From: Eledone cirrhosa
Lineage: Eukaryota
DNA: 64,000 bases
Reading direction: 5' to 3'
Assembly: GCA_964016885.1 (NCBI GenBank)
Contig: OZ024741.1
Span: 27,528,001 to 27,592,000, forward strand
A model generated the notes under the pieces. The model was given only the letters and a program-made list of their open reading frames with translations. It was not told the origin of the DNA and did not search any database. Of the stretch, positions 15,001 to 26,340 are shown piece after piece. A program made the translations under genes and the position numbers. Positions within the stretch are counted from its first letter, which is position 1. The number at the start of each line of letters is the position of its first letter.

Positions 15001-17590
15001 TTGACTATAGAACTAAATCTAACAGAATGTCGTTGACTATAGTACTAAGACTAACAGAATGTCGTTGACTATAGTACTAAGTCTTAACAGAACGTCGTTA
15101 ACTATAGAACGAAGACTAACAGAACGTCGTTGACTATAGAACTAAGTCTAACAGAACGTCGTTGTATATAGAACTAAGTATAACAGAACGTCGTTGACTA
15201 TAGAACTGAGACTAACAGAACGTTGTTAACTAAAGAACTAAGTCTAACCGAACGTCGTTGACTATAGAACTACGTATAACAGAACGTCGTTGACTATAGA
15301 ACTACGTCTAACAGAACGTCGTTGACTATAGACGATAGAACTAAGTCTAACAGAACGTCTTTGACTATATAACTAAGACTAACAGAACGTTGTTAACTAA
15401 AGAACTAAGTCTAACAGAACGTCGTTGACTATAGAACTACGTCTAACAGAACGTCGTTGACTATAGAACTAAGACTAACAGAACGTTGTTGACTAAAGAA
15501 CTAATTCTAACAGAACGTCGTTGACTATAGAACTAAGTCTAGCAGAACGTCGTTGACTATAGGACTAAGTCTAACAGAACGTCGTTGACTATATAACTAA
15601 GACTAACAGATCGTCGTTGACTATAGACTATAGAACTAAGTCTAACAGAACGTCGTTGACTATACAACTACGTCTAACAGAACGTCGTTGACTATAGACT
15701 ATAGAACTAAGTCTAACAGAACGCCGTTGACTATAGAACTAAGTCTAACAGAACACAATAGAACTAAGTCTAACAGACCGTCGTTGACTATAGACTATAT
15801 AACTAAGTCTAACAGAACGTCGTTGACTATAGAACTAAAACTAACAGAACGTTGTTGACTAAAGAACTAATTCTAACAGAACGTCGTTGACTATAGGACT
15901 AAGTCTAACAGAACATCGTTGACGATAGAACTAAGTCTAACAGAACGTTGTTGACTATAGAACTAAGACTAATAGAACGTCGTTGACTATAGAACTAAGT
16001 CTAACAGAATGTCGTTCACTAAAGAACTAAGACTAACAGAACGTCGTTGACTATAGAACCAAGACTAACACAACGTCGTTGACTATAGAACTAAGTCTAA
16101 CAGAACGTCGTTGACTATAGAACTAAGACTAACAGAACGTCGTTGACTATAGTACTAAGTCTTAACAGAACGTCGTTAACTATAGAACGAAGATTAACAG
16201 AACGTCGTTGACTATAGAACTAAGTCTAACAGAACACAATAGAACTAAGTCTAACAGACCGTCGTTGACTATAGACTATAGAACTAAGTCTAACAGAACG
16301 TCGTTGACTATAGAACTAAAACTAACAGAACGTTGTTGACTAAAGAACTAATTCTAACAGAACGTCGTTGACTATAGACTATAGGACTAAGTCTAACAGA
16401 ACGTCGTTGACGATAGAACTAAGTCTAACAGAACGTTGTTGACTATAGAACTAAGACTAATAGAACGTCGTTGACTATAGAACTAAGTCTAACAGAATGT
16501 AGTTCACTAAAGAACTAACAGAACGTAGTTAACTATAGAACGAAGACTAACAAAACGTCGTTGACTATAGAACTAAGTCTAACAGAACGTCGTTGTATAT
16601 AGAACTAAGTATAACAGAACGTCGTTGACTATAGAACTGAGACTAACAGAACGTCGTTGACTATAGAACTACGTCTAACAGAACGTCGTTGACTATAGAA
16701 CTAAGTCTAACAGAACGTCGTTGACTATATAACTAAGACTAACAGAACGTTGTTAACTAAAGAACTAAGTCTAACCGAACGTCGTTGACTATAGAACTGA
16801 AACTAACAGAACGTTGTTGACTAAAGAACTAATTCTAACAGAACGTCGTTGACTATAGAACTAAGTCTAGCAGAACGTCGTTGACTATAGACTATAGGAC
16901 TAAGTCTAACAGAACGTCGTTGACGATAGAACTAAGACTAACAGATCGTCGTTGACTATAGAACTAAGACTAACAGAACGTCGTTGACTATAGAACTAAG
17001 ACTAACAGAACGTCGTTGACTATAGAACTAAGACTAACAGAACGTCCTTGACTATAGACTATAGAACTAAGACTAACAGATCGTTGTTGACTATAGAACT
17101 AAGACTAACAGAACGTTGTTGACTATAGAACTAAGACTAACAGAACGTCGTTGATTATAGTCTATAGAACTAAGACTAACAGAACGTCCTTGACCATAGA
17201 CTATAGAACTAAGTCTAAAAGAACGTCGTTGATTATAGTCTATAGAACTAAGTCTAACAGAACGTCGTTGACTATAGAACTAAGACTAACAGAACGTTGT
17301 TGACTAAAGAACTAAGTCTAACAGAACGTCGTTGACTATAGAGTATAGAACTAAGTCTAGCAGAACGTCGTTGACTATAGAGTATAGAACTAAGTCTAAC
17401 AGAACGTCGTTGATTATAGAACTAAGTCTAACAGAACGTTGTTGACTATCGAACCAAGTCTAACAGAACGTCGTTGACTATAGAACTAAGTCTAACCGAA
17501 CGTCGTTGACTATAGACTATAGAACTAAGTCTAACAGAACGTCGTTGACTATAGAACTAAGACTAACAGAATATTGTTGACTATAAAACT
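1..17590. repeat. Satellite array A, 32-bp monomer GACTATAGAACTAAGTCTAACAGAACGTCGTT (variants of 25, 33 and 39 bp)
   Basis: Continuous head-to-tail monomers from base 1 to ~17,585. The 39-bp variant duplicates GACTATA and the 25-bp variant reads ...ACAGAACACAATAG. The array runs off the window start. Confidence 0.99.
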
Positions 17591-17594
17591 GATT

Positions 17595-19260
17595 TTGATG
17601 TACCTGCCTGCCGGCCTCAAAATTTGTGAGTAGGCTGAAGCAAGTTGACCTTCATTCTCAGCAATCCACCGCCTGTCTCTCCTATCATTCAATATGCACA
17701 CCACAACACTTGATGTTGTTCTTCAGATTATCCTTAAACTAGAGGAGGGTGTTACCAACTCGGTGTTTTACATTTGTTAACTGACCAAATAACAGATGCT
17801 TTGGCAATTGTGATATTGCGGTGTTTAAGAACCTCACTGTTTCTGATCTTGTCACACCATTTGATGCCTTTTCTCGTAGGCATCATATGTGAAAGGAATC
17901 TAATTGTCTGTGTGTGTGATATGTAATCAATGCCTGAGTACCATAGAGTAGTATGGTGAGAACAGCTTTATATACTTCAACCTTCACTACAATCCCATAG
18001 CCTGTGATACAATTTATCAGATGCAGATCTGACCTCTCTACTTCCTTGTCCATTTTTGCATCACTAGTTATCTTTGAGTCAAGATAGGTGAAAATATGAG
18101 CTGTTTGCCATCCACAAGAACTATTGGTAGACCAGGTGGCTATTGCTCAGGGATGGGCTGATAAAGTAGCCTCGTCTTTTTATGCTGATTGAAAGCCCAA
18201 ACGTTTTACATGCATCTGAAAATGTATTTAGAATTGTTGGCATGTCTATAAAGTTGTGGGTTTCAAGAGCACAATGATCTGCATACAGACCACAGGCTAC
18301 TTGAATAAGAATCTTTGTTTTGCTTTAAACCATTTCTGGTGATAAAGACCTCCTGTTGTTCAAAACTCAAAAGAAACTCCTTTATTTATATCTTAAAAAA
18401 CATACTCCAGTATTACTGAGAAAAACAAAGGAAAAAGAAGAGGTGCTAAAAGGCAGCCTTGTTTGGTCCCATTGGTCACATCAAAAGGTTCTGAGCAGTC
18501 ACCATCAGAGATAACAGATGCTTTTATTCCATAATGGATGGATATTATAATGTCAAACATTTTGTTTGGTATACCATTTTTTTGAAGGACAATCCACAAG
18601 GCATCACAAGACACAGTATCAAATACCTTGGTGAAGTTAAAGTTGACAAAGAGTTCATTTCCATATTCCACAGATTTCTCCTGCAGTATCCCAGAAAATA
18701 CTATATCAACAGTTCCTCGTCCCGATCTGAACCAACACTTTTACTCAGGTAGCACAGATTTTGCCAGAGAAGAATTTAGGCAGTTCAGGATAACTCGAGC
18801 AAGTATCTTTCCTGTAACTAACAAAAGAGATATTCCCCTATGGCTATCACATAAACATCTGTTACCCTTGTTTTTGTAAAGATGTACAATTGAGACATCT
18901 TTAAACTGCTGTGGTACAGAACCTTTCTTCCATACATATGTTAAGAATTGAAAGTGTTTTGTCACCAGTTTCACCCACATATTTGTATACTTAAACTCCA
19001 TTGTGAATTGGATGTTGCTGTTATGGATATTTATCATATTTTTGAATTGTGATTGTATCAAGGTTTTTCTTGACCATCAACACCTGAAGTCTTACCATTG
19101 GACAGTTATCTGATGGAAGTTTTAATTTCAGAAAACAAAAGAATTATTTGAGAGTTTCTGCAAAAGATAGTTAATAATATCCATATTTGAGTCTCTATTG
19201 AGAACAATTGAGAAGTGTTTAACCCACCTTTTGGTTATGTCGTGCCTCTCAGTTAATAAT
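17595..19260 (-). mobile_element. Decayed RTE-clade (BovB-like) LINE, reverse transcriptase region to C-terminus
   Basis: Minus-strand fragments HRGISLLLVTGKILARVILNCL (18741-19061) and FTKVFDTVS...GTKQGCLLAPLLF (18393-18671). YADD has decayed to YADH near 18,275-18,285. Many stops and frameshifts. Confidence 0.9.
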
Positions 19261-19282
19261 TCATTTTCTAGAGGAAGAACTG

Positions 19283-19357
19283 TCTTGCTCAAGGACACAA
19301 CCCACAGCTGTGAATCGACCTTTTGATTGTGAGACAAACACCTAAAATATTAAGCCA
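19283..19357 (-). mobile_element. tRNA-derived SINE fragment, same family as 39445-39683
   Basis: Reverse complement contains TGTGTCCTTGAGCAAGACA and a decayed tRNA-like head. Confidence 0.55.
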
Positions 19358-19599
19358 AATTCTCTCACATAAGAAGTCATAATCAATATATGATAAAAAT
19401 ACTTTTAAATTTTCCTCTGGAGAAATGCCTTCTCTATTCTGTCCACTAAGGCTGCAGTGCAGCCAGTGCATGGGCCCCCAGTGAGAGACGGAGACAGTGA
19501 CTATGGGAATTTAATTCCATTATGATCAGACCTAATATATATGTATAGACTTACTTAACAGACACTTTTAATGTTTATCACTAATTGTTTTTTCACTAG

Positions 19600-19676
19600 G
19601 GAGTTATTAGCTGAAACATATCCAGGTGTTGGTGTTCAGCAGGAATTTCTTGGAGTGAATTCTTCAAGTACCAGCT
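19600..19676 (+). CDS. Candidate plus-strand exon of an unknown convergent gene (ELLAETYPGVGVQQEFLGVNSSSTS)
   Basis: Branch-like CACTAAT, then TTTTTTCACTAG acceptor, an open frame and a GTAAGA donor. No recognised homology. Confidence 0.3.
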
Positions 19677-19967
19677 GTAAGATTACCTTATGTTTACATT
19701 TTTTTGCTGAAAATTGTAAACAAATGTAAACACATTTTATTATACATATATATTTCTCTGTTGGCAGTAAACATATTAGGATTGTTCTGACAAGTTTCAT
19801 TTCTACTTGGAATCTCATCAGAAAATAAATCATCATCTAACATCCATTTTCCCTGTTTATTTGTTGTTTGTTTTAATATATTTTTTGTTTTTATATTTTT
19901 TTCAACTAAATTTTAAATCTGCTTCTTTCACAATTCTCTATATCTGTTTTTAAAAGACTTGGGCATT

Positions 19968-20235
19968 TTTGTTTATTGTTATTGTTGTTGTTATTGCTGC
20001 TGCTGATATTATTATTATTGATATTGTTATTATTGATATTATTATTATTGTTGTTATTGTTAATAAAGAAAGCATTATTATTGTTGTTAATAATAATAAT
20101 ACTAAGAAATCATTATTTTTGCTTTTTGCTTGTGTATGTATGCACATGTGTGTGTGCAAATGTGTGTGTGTGTGTGTGTGTGTCTGTGCATATGTGTGTG
20201 CGAATGTGTGTGTGCATGTGTATGTGTGTGTGTGT
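19968..20235. repeat. Compound microsatellite (TTA/TTG)n followed by (TG)n
   Basis: Directly visible. Explains the poly-I/L and CV-rich ORFs in the track. Confidence 0.95.
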
Positions 20236-20242
20236 ATTTGGG

Positions 20243-20271
20243 TTTATTGTAATTTATATATATATTTTATT
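20243..20271 (-). promoter_or_regulatory. Candidate polyadenylation signals for the CFAP221-like gene
   Basis: Minus-strand AATAAA at 20266-20271 and 20243-20248, about 100-125 nt past the stop codon. The region is AT-rich, so a chance match is possible. Confidence 0.35.
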
Positions 20272-20368
20272 TCAGTTTCAGTTGGTAGTCGTATTAATTC
20301 TTCGTTTATCACAACAGAAACTGTATGTTGTCAGAAACCAAGGAACTGCATATTGGTAGCCATGATTA

Positions 20369-20495
20369 TCACAACAGCAACTGTGCGTTGTCAGAAAGCA
20401 TGTCAATAAGTAATAACAGCTGTTCTTTAATTTTTATTCCAAGCTGGTCATTTTCATTCTGTATACTCGTCATCAGTTCATTTTCTTTGTAGTAT
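20369..20495 (-). CDS. CFAP221: CFAP221-like terminal coding exon (R)YYKENELMTSIQNENDQLGIKIKEQLLLLIDMLSDNAQLLL*
   Basis: CCTTTCAG acceptor. Phase 2 matches the preceding exon (AG|A = Arg). TGA stop at 20369-20371, followed by TAA. Confidence 0.75.
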
Positions 20496-20616
20496 CTGAA
20501 AGGATATTAACCATTATGTTGCCATATTTCAAATAAAAAACACTGCTGGTGATTCTTCAAATACTTTTGAAAAGTTAAATTATTTTATTTCAGAATACTC
20601 AAATATATTTCTTTGG

Positions 20617-20786
20617 AAGAGGGTCGGACGCCATGCTTTGCAGCAGACTTATGGCCCTTTACAGCCTGAATTCAAATCCCGCTAAGGTTAACTTTGCCAT
20701 TCATCCTTACGGCGTCAATAAAATAAAGTACCAGTAATACACTGAGGTAATTGCTGGCCTTGTGCCAAAAGTAGAAACAATTATTA
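20617..20786 (+). mobile_element. tRNA-derived SINE (family S1), 5'-truncated
   Basis: B-box-like GAATTCAAATCCC, core AACTTTGCCATTCATCCTTACGGCGTCAATAAAATAAAGTACCAG, and a tail ending ATTATTA. Close match to 63123-63322. Confidence 0.85.
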
Positions 20787-20793
20787 CATAAAA

Positions 20794-21010
20794 GGGCAGT
20801 GAATTGGCAGTATCATTAGAGCATAGGACAAAATGCTTTGCAGCATTTAGTTATGGCCCTTACGTTCTGAGTTCAAATCCTGCTGAGGTTAGCTTTGCCT
20901 TTCATTCTTACAGGGTTGATAAAATAAAGTACTGGTAATGCACTGGGGTCAATTTAATTGACTTTCCCCTCCCCCAAAATTGTTGACCTTGTGCCTAAAT
21001 CAGAAACCAC
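20794..21010 (+). mobile_element. tRNA-derived SINE (family S1), near full length
   Basis: A-box-like TGGCAGTATCATTAGA, B-box GAGTTCAAATCC and the same core. The core resembles the MetaSINE-type domain from recall. Confidence 0.85.
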
Positions 21011-21556
21011 TTTAACCTTACTGTATTTCTAATGAAAAACAATAACTATTATTTTCAAATAATTTAAAAAATAATCAATCATTTAGAATGATTTATTGAA
21101 ATAACTTTCTCATTATTTATAATATCTGATATTTGTAACATAGTTTACTTCTTAGCAAATTATACAACAGGAGATTGCATTAGTAAAACAAAATTTAAAA
21201 GTACAAAGCAGCACTATGATTACATCTCATTAAAAAATAAAATTTTTACTCTAGTTTACTGCAATTTTTTATGATTTGTTCACTAATAAAGATACTATAA
21301 ACATTTGAATTAACAAATTCCCTTTTTTTTAAAGATATTTTCTGCTAAATCATCACAATATGTTAAGAGTAAATAAAGGATCTTATATAAAATTATGATG
21401 GAAGGTTTTTAAATAAATATAAACATTTTAACCCTTTCATTGCTATATTTCTAATACAGGGCCCTGCTGTGATTTTCAAACCCTTGCAAGCAGGGAAAAG
21501 CGGACGTAAAATGATGATGATGATGATATGAAAATAACTAAGAATTATTGAGCTGT

Positions 21557-21659
21557 GTAATATATATATGTAATATATATATATATATATGTAATATATA
21601 TATGTTATATATATATATATATATGTAATATATATATGTAATATATATATATATATATG

Positions 21660-21722
<63 letters not shown>

Positions 21723-21736
21723 ATATATACATATAT
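21557..21736. repeat. (TA)n microsatellite with TGTAA interruptions
   Basis: Directly visible. Confidence 0.97.
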
Positions 21737-21737
21737 C

Positions 21738-22245
21738 ACACACTTACACCTCTCCAAGACAATGTCACTGGACCGAGACCTTTGGCGGTACTCAGTAACA
21801 GAGAAGACCCGCCTTACCTAAATATATATAGTAAAACCTACTCCAGCCAGTAGGCATCTCTAACAAAATACACCCCGTCCCACCACCACCACCCCCACCC
21901 CATCCACACCACCCCGTTCTATGTAAAGTTATGTTGGTGCCGCGCCATCCAGGCCGAAACAAATGAGATCGTGTAGGCCGAAACAAATGAGATCGTGTAG
22001 GTGTCACGACAAAAAAACACACAGTCCACGCTGTAATGTGGCCGTGTAGGCAACACGGTAAAAACCTCCCAGCCCCACACTGTAAATGTGGTTGGTGTTA
22101 GGAAGGGCATCCAACTGTAGAAAACCTGCCAGACAGTCCTATGCGAGCAAGACAATCACTCTTGCCTCAAGTGGGACTACCCCCGTCCAAACCCATGCGA
22201 GCGTGGAACACGGACGTTAAACGTTGATGATGATGATGATGATGA
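21738..22245 (+). mobile_element. 3' end of an RTE-type LINE (ORF2 tail, 3'UTR and (GAT)n tail)
   Basis: Encodes HLSKTMSLDRDLW. Ends in CGGACGTTAAACGTT(GAT)n. Inverted homologues at 32650-33218 and 38350-39025. Confidence 0.85.
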
Positions 22246-22559
22246 GCTGGTATTTGGAGAATAATTTAATACAAAATTATGATGGAAGGCTTTTAGATAA
22301 ATATAAATAATTCAACCTTTTCATTACCCTGTTTATAATAAAAAACAGTTAATGGTTTTCTAAATATTTTTGAAAATAATCGATTATTTGGAAGGATTTT
22401 GTAATATAACTGTCTCGTTTCTATTAAACTGATGTTTGGGACATAGCTTAATAAAAGTTCCCTTCAATGATATTTAAACATAGAGCATGGAGAGCTGGAA
22501 CAAATATTGCAAGGCCTGGGTGTTTTAATGAAAGGGGCCTCAGTACTATCATATGTCAT

Positions 22560-22829
22560 ATGTGTACTGTGTATATTTTATTGTGACAACAACACTACTA
22601 CTTAACAGTGTATAGTGGGTGCCTTTTACCATAGCACCAACACTACTACTTAACAGTGTATACTTGGTGCATTTTACCATAGCAACAACACTACTACTTA
22701 ACAGTGTATACTTGGTGCATTTTACCATAGCAACAACACTACTACTTAACAGTGTATATTTGGTGCATTTTACCATAGCACCAACACTACTACTTAACAG
22801 TGTATACTGGGTGCATTTTACCATAGCAG
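22560..22829. repeat. 48-bp minisatellite TTTTACCATAGCAACAACACTACTACTTAACAGTGTATACTTGGTGCA, ~5.5 copies
   Basis: Tandem copies. Gives the 16-aa periodicity of the ORFs on both strands. Confidence 0.95.
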
Positions 22830-22925
22830 GGTGTGTGTATATATGTATATGTATATATAGTAGTAATGGGTAGGTAAAAAGATTCAAGGTATATAGTAAC
22901 TGAAGTTCATAGGGTGAGTTTGAAT

Positions 22926-23065
22926 ATAATTATTTAGGTCAGTTACTACAATGGCGCCAAACCAGTAACGTTCGTTTTGTTGGTCGACATCAAGTTGGAC
23001 CTCAGGACCAACGAAACTTACATACCAGGTTTGGCGCCATTGTAGTAACTGGTCTTAATAATTAT
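22926..23065. repeat. 140-bp inverted-repeat element (MITE-like foldback)
   Basis: 38-bp arms at 22926-22963 and 23028-23065 with 3 mismatches and a perfect 24-bp core CAGTTACTACAATGGCGCCAAACC. Inner pair GTTTTGTTGGTC / GACCAACGAAAC. Confidence 0.9.
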
Positions 23066-23139
23066 GTGTGTGTGTGTGAGTATGGGTTTGTATGTGTGTG
23101 TGTGTGAATGTGGGTTTGTGTTTGTGTGTGTGTATATAT

Positions 23140-23465
23140 AAGATGGGCTTCTGCAGTTTCCATCCACCAGCTTTTACTCACAAGGCATTTGTCAACTAGA
23201 GGCTATTTTAATAGACACCCAAAATATTCAAGTATAGTCAGTTGGTGGTGATAAACAGGATGATGGATTAAGACTACCATCCAACAAGGTAAGATTTGAA
23301 CTCAGAATGCAAAGAACCGAAAGAAATACCAAACGGTATATCTTCAATTGGTATGTTATTTCATTAACCCCCACCTCCCACCCATTTACCCCACAAAAGA
23401 TGAAAAGCAAAGCTGACACTGGTAAAATTTGAACTCAGAACACAGAGAGCCAGAACAAATAATAG
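23140..23465 (-). mobile_element. Cluster of decayed SINE fragments (one Octopus-type SINE body and two S1 pieces)
   Basis: CAGTTTCCATCCACC...CTCACAAGGC. Two copies of ATTTGAACTCAGAA (reverse B box), one preceded by GATGAAAAGCAAAGCTGAC. Confidence 0.65.
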
Positions 23466-23699
23466 TTTCTAGAGAATATCACCCTCTCTCCTTCTCCCTC
23501 TCTTTCTTCTGTGACCTAATAATCCTTGCTCTTTCTCTCCTTTTCCTCTCATTTATGACATTTATAGTCCTTTCCTCTACTTTCCCATACAGCCAGATCT
23601 GCCCTTCTTTACCCCTTCCCCACTTTTTTCATTACTTAATTTTATTTTTATCTTTTTTTTTTCATATTTTCAACATTGTATAACTTCTGTTTGTAACAT

Positions 23700-26340
23700 A
23701 CGTATGACCATGTCAACACTTCTGCTTGGTGTTGTTTATCGACCCCCAAACTACCATCAGGACACACAGCTTTGCGATATCCTCAGAGCTGCTGCCAGGA
23801 AAACAGCCACTTATGTGTTTATTGCAGGTCACTTCAATCATCCTGAGATCGATTGGGAAACCTTTCGTTGGCCACAAAGTGCAAACGATTTCCTTGAGCT
23901 AGTGCTGGACTCAAACTGGTCACAAGTAGTCACCTCTCCAACAAGAGGTGACAACACTTTGGACCTGCTCTTCACCACTACTCCTGAAGTGGTTATCAGT
24001 TGTACTACTGAGGAACCTCTAGGCGACTCTGATCATGCTATGATCATTGCCAATCTGGCTCTTGCGGGCAGTAACAAAAACCACAACCATCTCCAATCTG
24101 CTTGCTTTGATTCGAAGAAAGCAGATTGGAACTTGTACTACACTGAGCTACACCCAAACTGGCATGAGTTCTATAACTCTGGAGATGTGAACACTATACT
24201 CCAGAGCATCCTGGACTCAATATGGATAGCATGTGCAGCATCAGTGCCACGTAAGCAGAAAAAAAAACACCCCAAAAGTGCAATTTGGGAAACTTCAGTG
24301 GTTCGACTTACCAGGAAAGAACGTCGGAATGCTGAACAGGAATATAAACTGCATAAATCACATGCCAACAGAAAAAAGCGGAATAAATCTTCCAACCATC
24401 TCAAGCAAGTGACAAAAAAGGCAGTGCTTGAATTTGAACAGAGCATAGCAACCAATCCTGACAGTAAGGTGTTCTGGAAATATGTACATTCAAAGCAGAG
24501 ACCTCACTCTCCAGTTGGTCCTCTTCGCAATCCCCAAACAAGCCAGATCACTGACGATCCTAAAGAATGCGCAGAACTCATTGCTGAGTGCTATGCAAGC
24601 ATTTTTACTGTTGAAAACCAGAATGTACCATCTCCACCATCTCTAACATCAAATTCTATAACAACTATGGAATTTACACCCGCAATGCTGCGACGTCACC
24701 TTAAGAATAAGCGCAACTATGCCTCCCCTAGTCTTGATGGTGTTACATACCTGCTTCTCAAACGTGGCGGGTACTTCCTTTTGCACCAGCTTTCTTTCTT
24801 CTTTCAATACTGTCTCAACAATGGTGCTACTCCGGAACAGTGGAAAACTGCCAGTATCATTCCCCTGTTCAAAAAAGGCGACTGCACGTCACCTGTCAAC
24901 TATCGTCCAGTCAGTCTTACTAGCTGTATTGCCAAACTAATGGAATCCTGTGTCAGAGAAACACTTTGGAACTTCTGGAGCTCTTACAGCCTCATCCGGC
25001 CCTCGCAATTTGGATTTATCCCTAATTCCAGCTGCTGTGATCAGCTTATCGAGTTCCTTGAAGACATTACCCGGATCACTGACAGCGGCTCATGGGTGGA
25101 TGTTGTTTACCTTGACTTCGATAAGGCTTTTAATCCTGTGCCACACGAAAGACTTATGGCGAAACTCTCTGCAATGGGTGTGAAGGATAATCTTTTTAAC
25201 AGGTTGAAATCCTTCATTCTCAGCCGTAAAGAGGTAGTCACGGTTCTAGGACAGCATTCCTCATCATATGAGATGTCATCTGGTGTACCACAGGGACCTG
25301 TTCTTGGTACCCTTTTGTTTGTTGCATACATTAATGACATAAATGCCAACTTACAGAATGCCACGGTACTGAAATATGCAGATGACATCAAGCTGTACCT
25401 TGAAATCAAAAGGACAGATCCTGAAATCTACAACTCTTTCCTACAATCAGATCTGGACACAATGCAGCAATGGATCACAGACTGGCAACTGAAGCTGGCT
25501 GTGGACAAGTGTACCACCATGCATTTTGGGAGGAAAAATCCAGTGTCCACATACTCCCTCCACAACACTGATATCAAGAAGTCCTCTTGTGAACATGACC
25601 TGGGCATTACTGTCAGCAGCGATTTGCGTTGGACAAAGCACATCTCTAAAATTGTCAAGAAGGCCGAGGGTGTCTTGGCAACACTCAGCAAGACCTTTGT
25701 TAGCCGCTCTCCAGCCATCTATTTAAAGCTGTATACAGCTATGGTACAACCACACTTAGAATTCGCATCATCAGTCTGGAACCCCTATCTTGCTCAGAAA
25801 TTGACCTCCTGGAAACTGTTCAGAGACGTGCAACCAAGCGCATACCCTCCATCAGACACCTACCATACTTTGAACGCCTTGCTTCCCTGGACATGGATTC
25901 ATTGAAGCTCCGACATCTGGCAATGGACTTGGTAAACACCCACAAAGTTATTAACCATCTCACCAACAACAACCCTGAGCACCTTTTTGATTTCCATGTG
26001 TCTAACACACGTGGACATACCTACAAAGTCAGAAAACAGCACAGCTCCCATGACTTTCGGAAACATTTTTTCATGCTTAGAGTTGCTGAAGCATGGAACA
26101 AACTGCCTGCGTCAGTTGTTAGCTGCCGAGACACTGCATCCTTTAAAACCCTCATGCTTCCCGAAATTTGCCAAAACTACACCTGATGTCCCCCTTCCAT
26201 ACATATGCACACATGTGTATATCATGACTCATGCTCTGCTCATTTTCCTGACGTTTGTATATTACCCTATGTACTATACATACACTTTTGATCAGTTGTG
26301 GTGCACCTGAGCACTGTACACAATATTTTCATTATTATAT
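23700..26340 (+). mobile_element. CR1/L2-type non-LTR retrotransposon, 5'-truncated, antisense within the last CFAP221-like intron
   Basis: ORF2 followed by a ~150-bp 3'UTR ending in CATTATTAT. Confidence 0.93.
23704..26186 (+). pseudogene. LINE ORF2 (C-terminal part of AP endonuclease plus reverse transcriptase) with one frameshift near 25,800
   Basis: APE motifs VVYRPP, GHFN (GDFN altered), TLDLLF, SDH. RT motifs NYRPVSLTS, YLDFDKAF, SGVPQG, YADD. After the frameshift it continues IDLLETVQRRATKRIP...TRGH...KHFF.LRVAEAWNKLP to the stop at 26,186. Confidence 0.93.

Noticed and set aside
1-17590. CRISPR array (32-bp repeats)
   Set aside because: Units are directly adjacent with no unique spacers, no cas genes are present, and the context is eukaryotic.
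19950-21743. Hydrophobic or YI-rich ORFs as membrane proteins
   Set aside because: They are translations of microsatellites.
24171-26310. Alternative-frame and antisense ORFs within the CR1-like LINE
   Set aside because: Shadows of ORF2. The exception is 25893-26186, which is the frameshifted ORF2 C-terminus.
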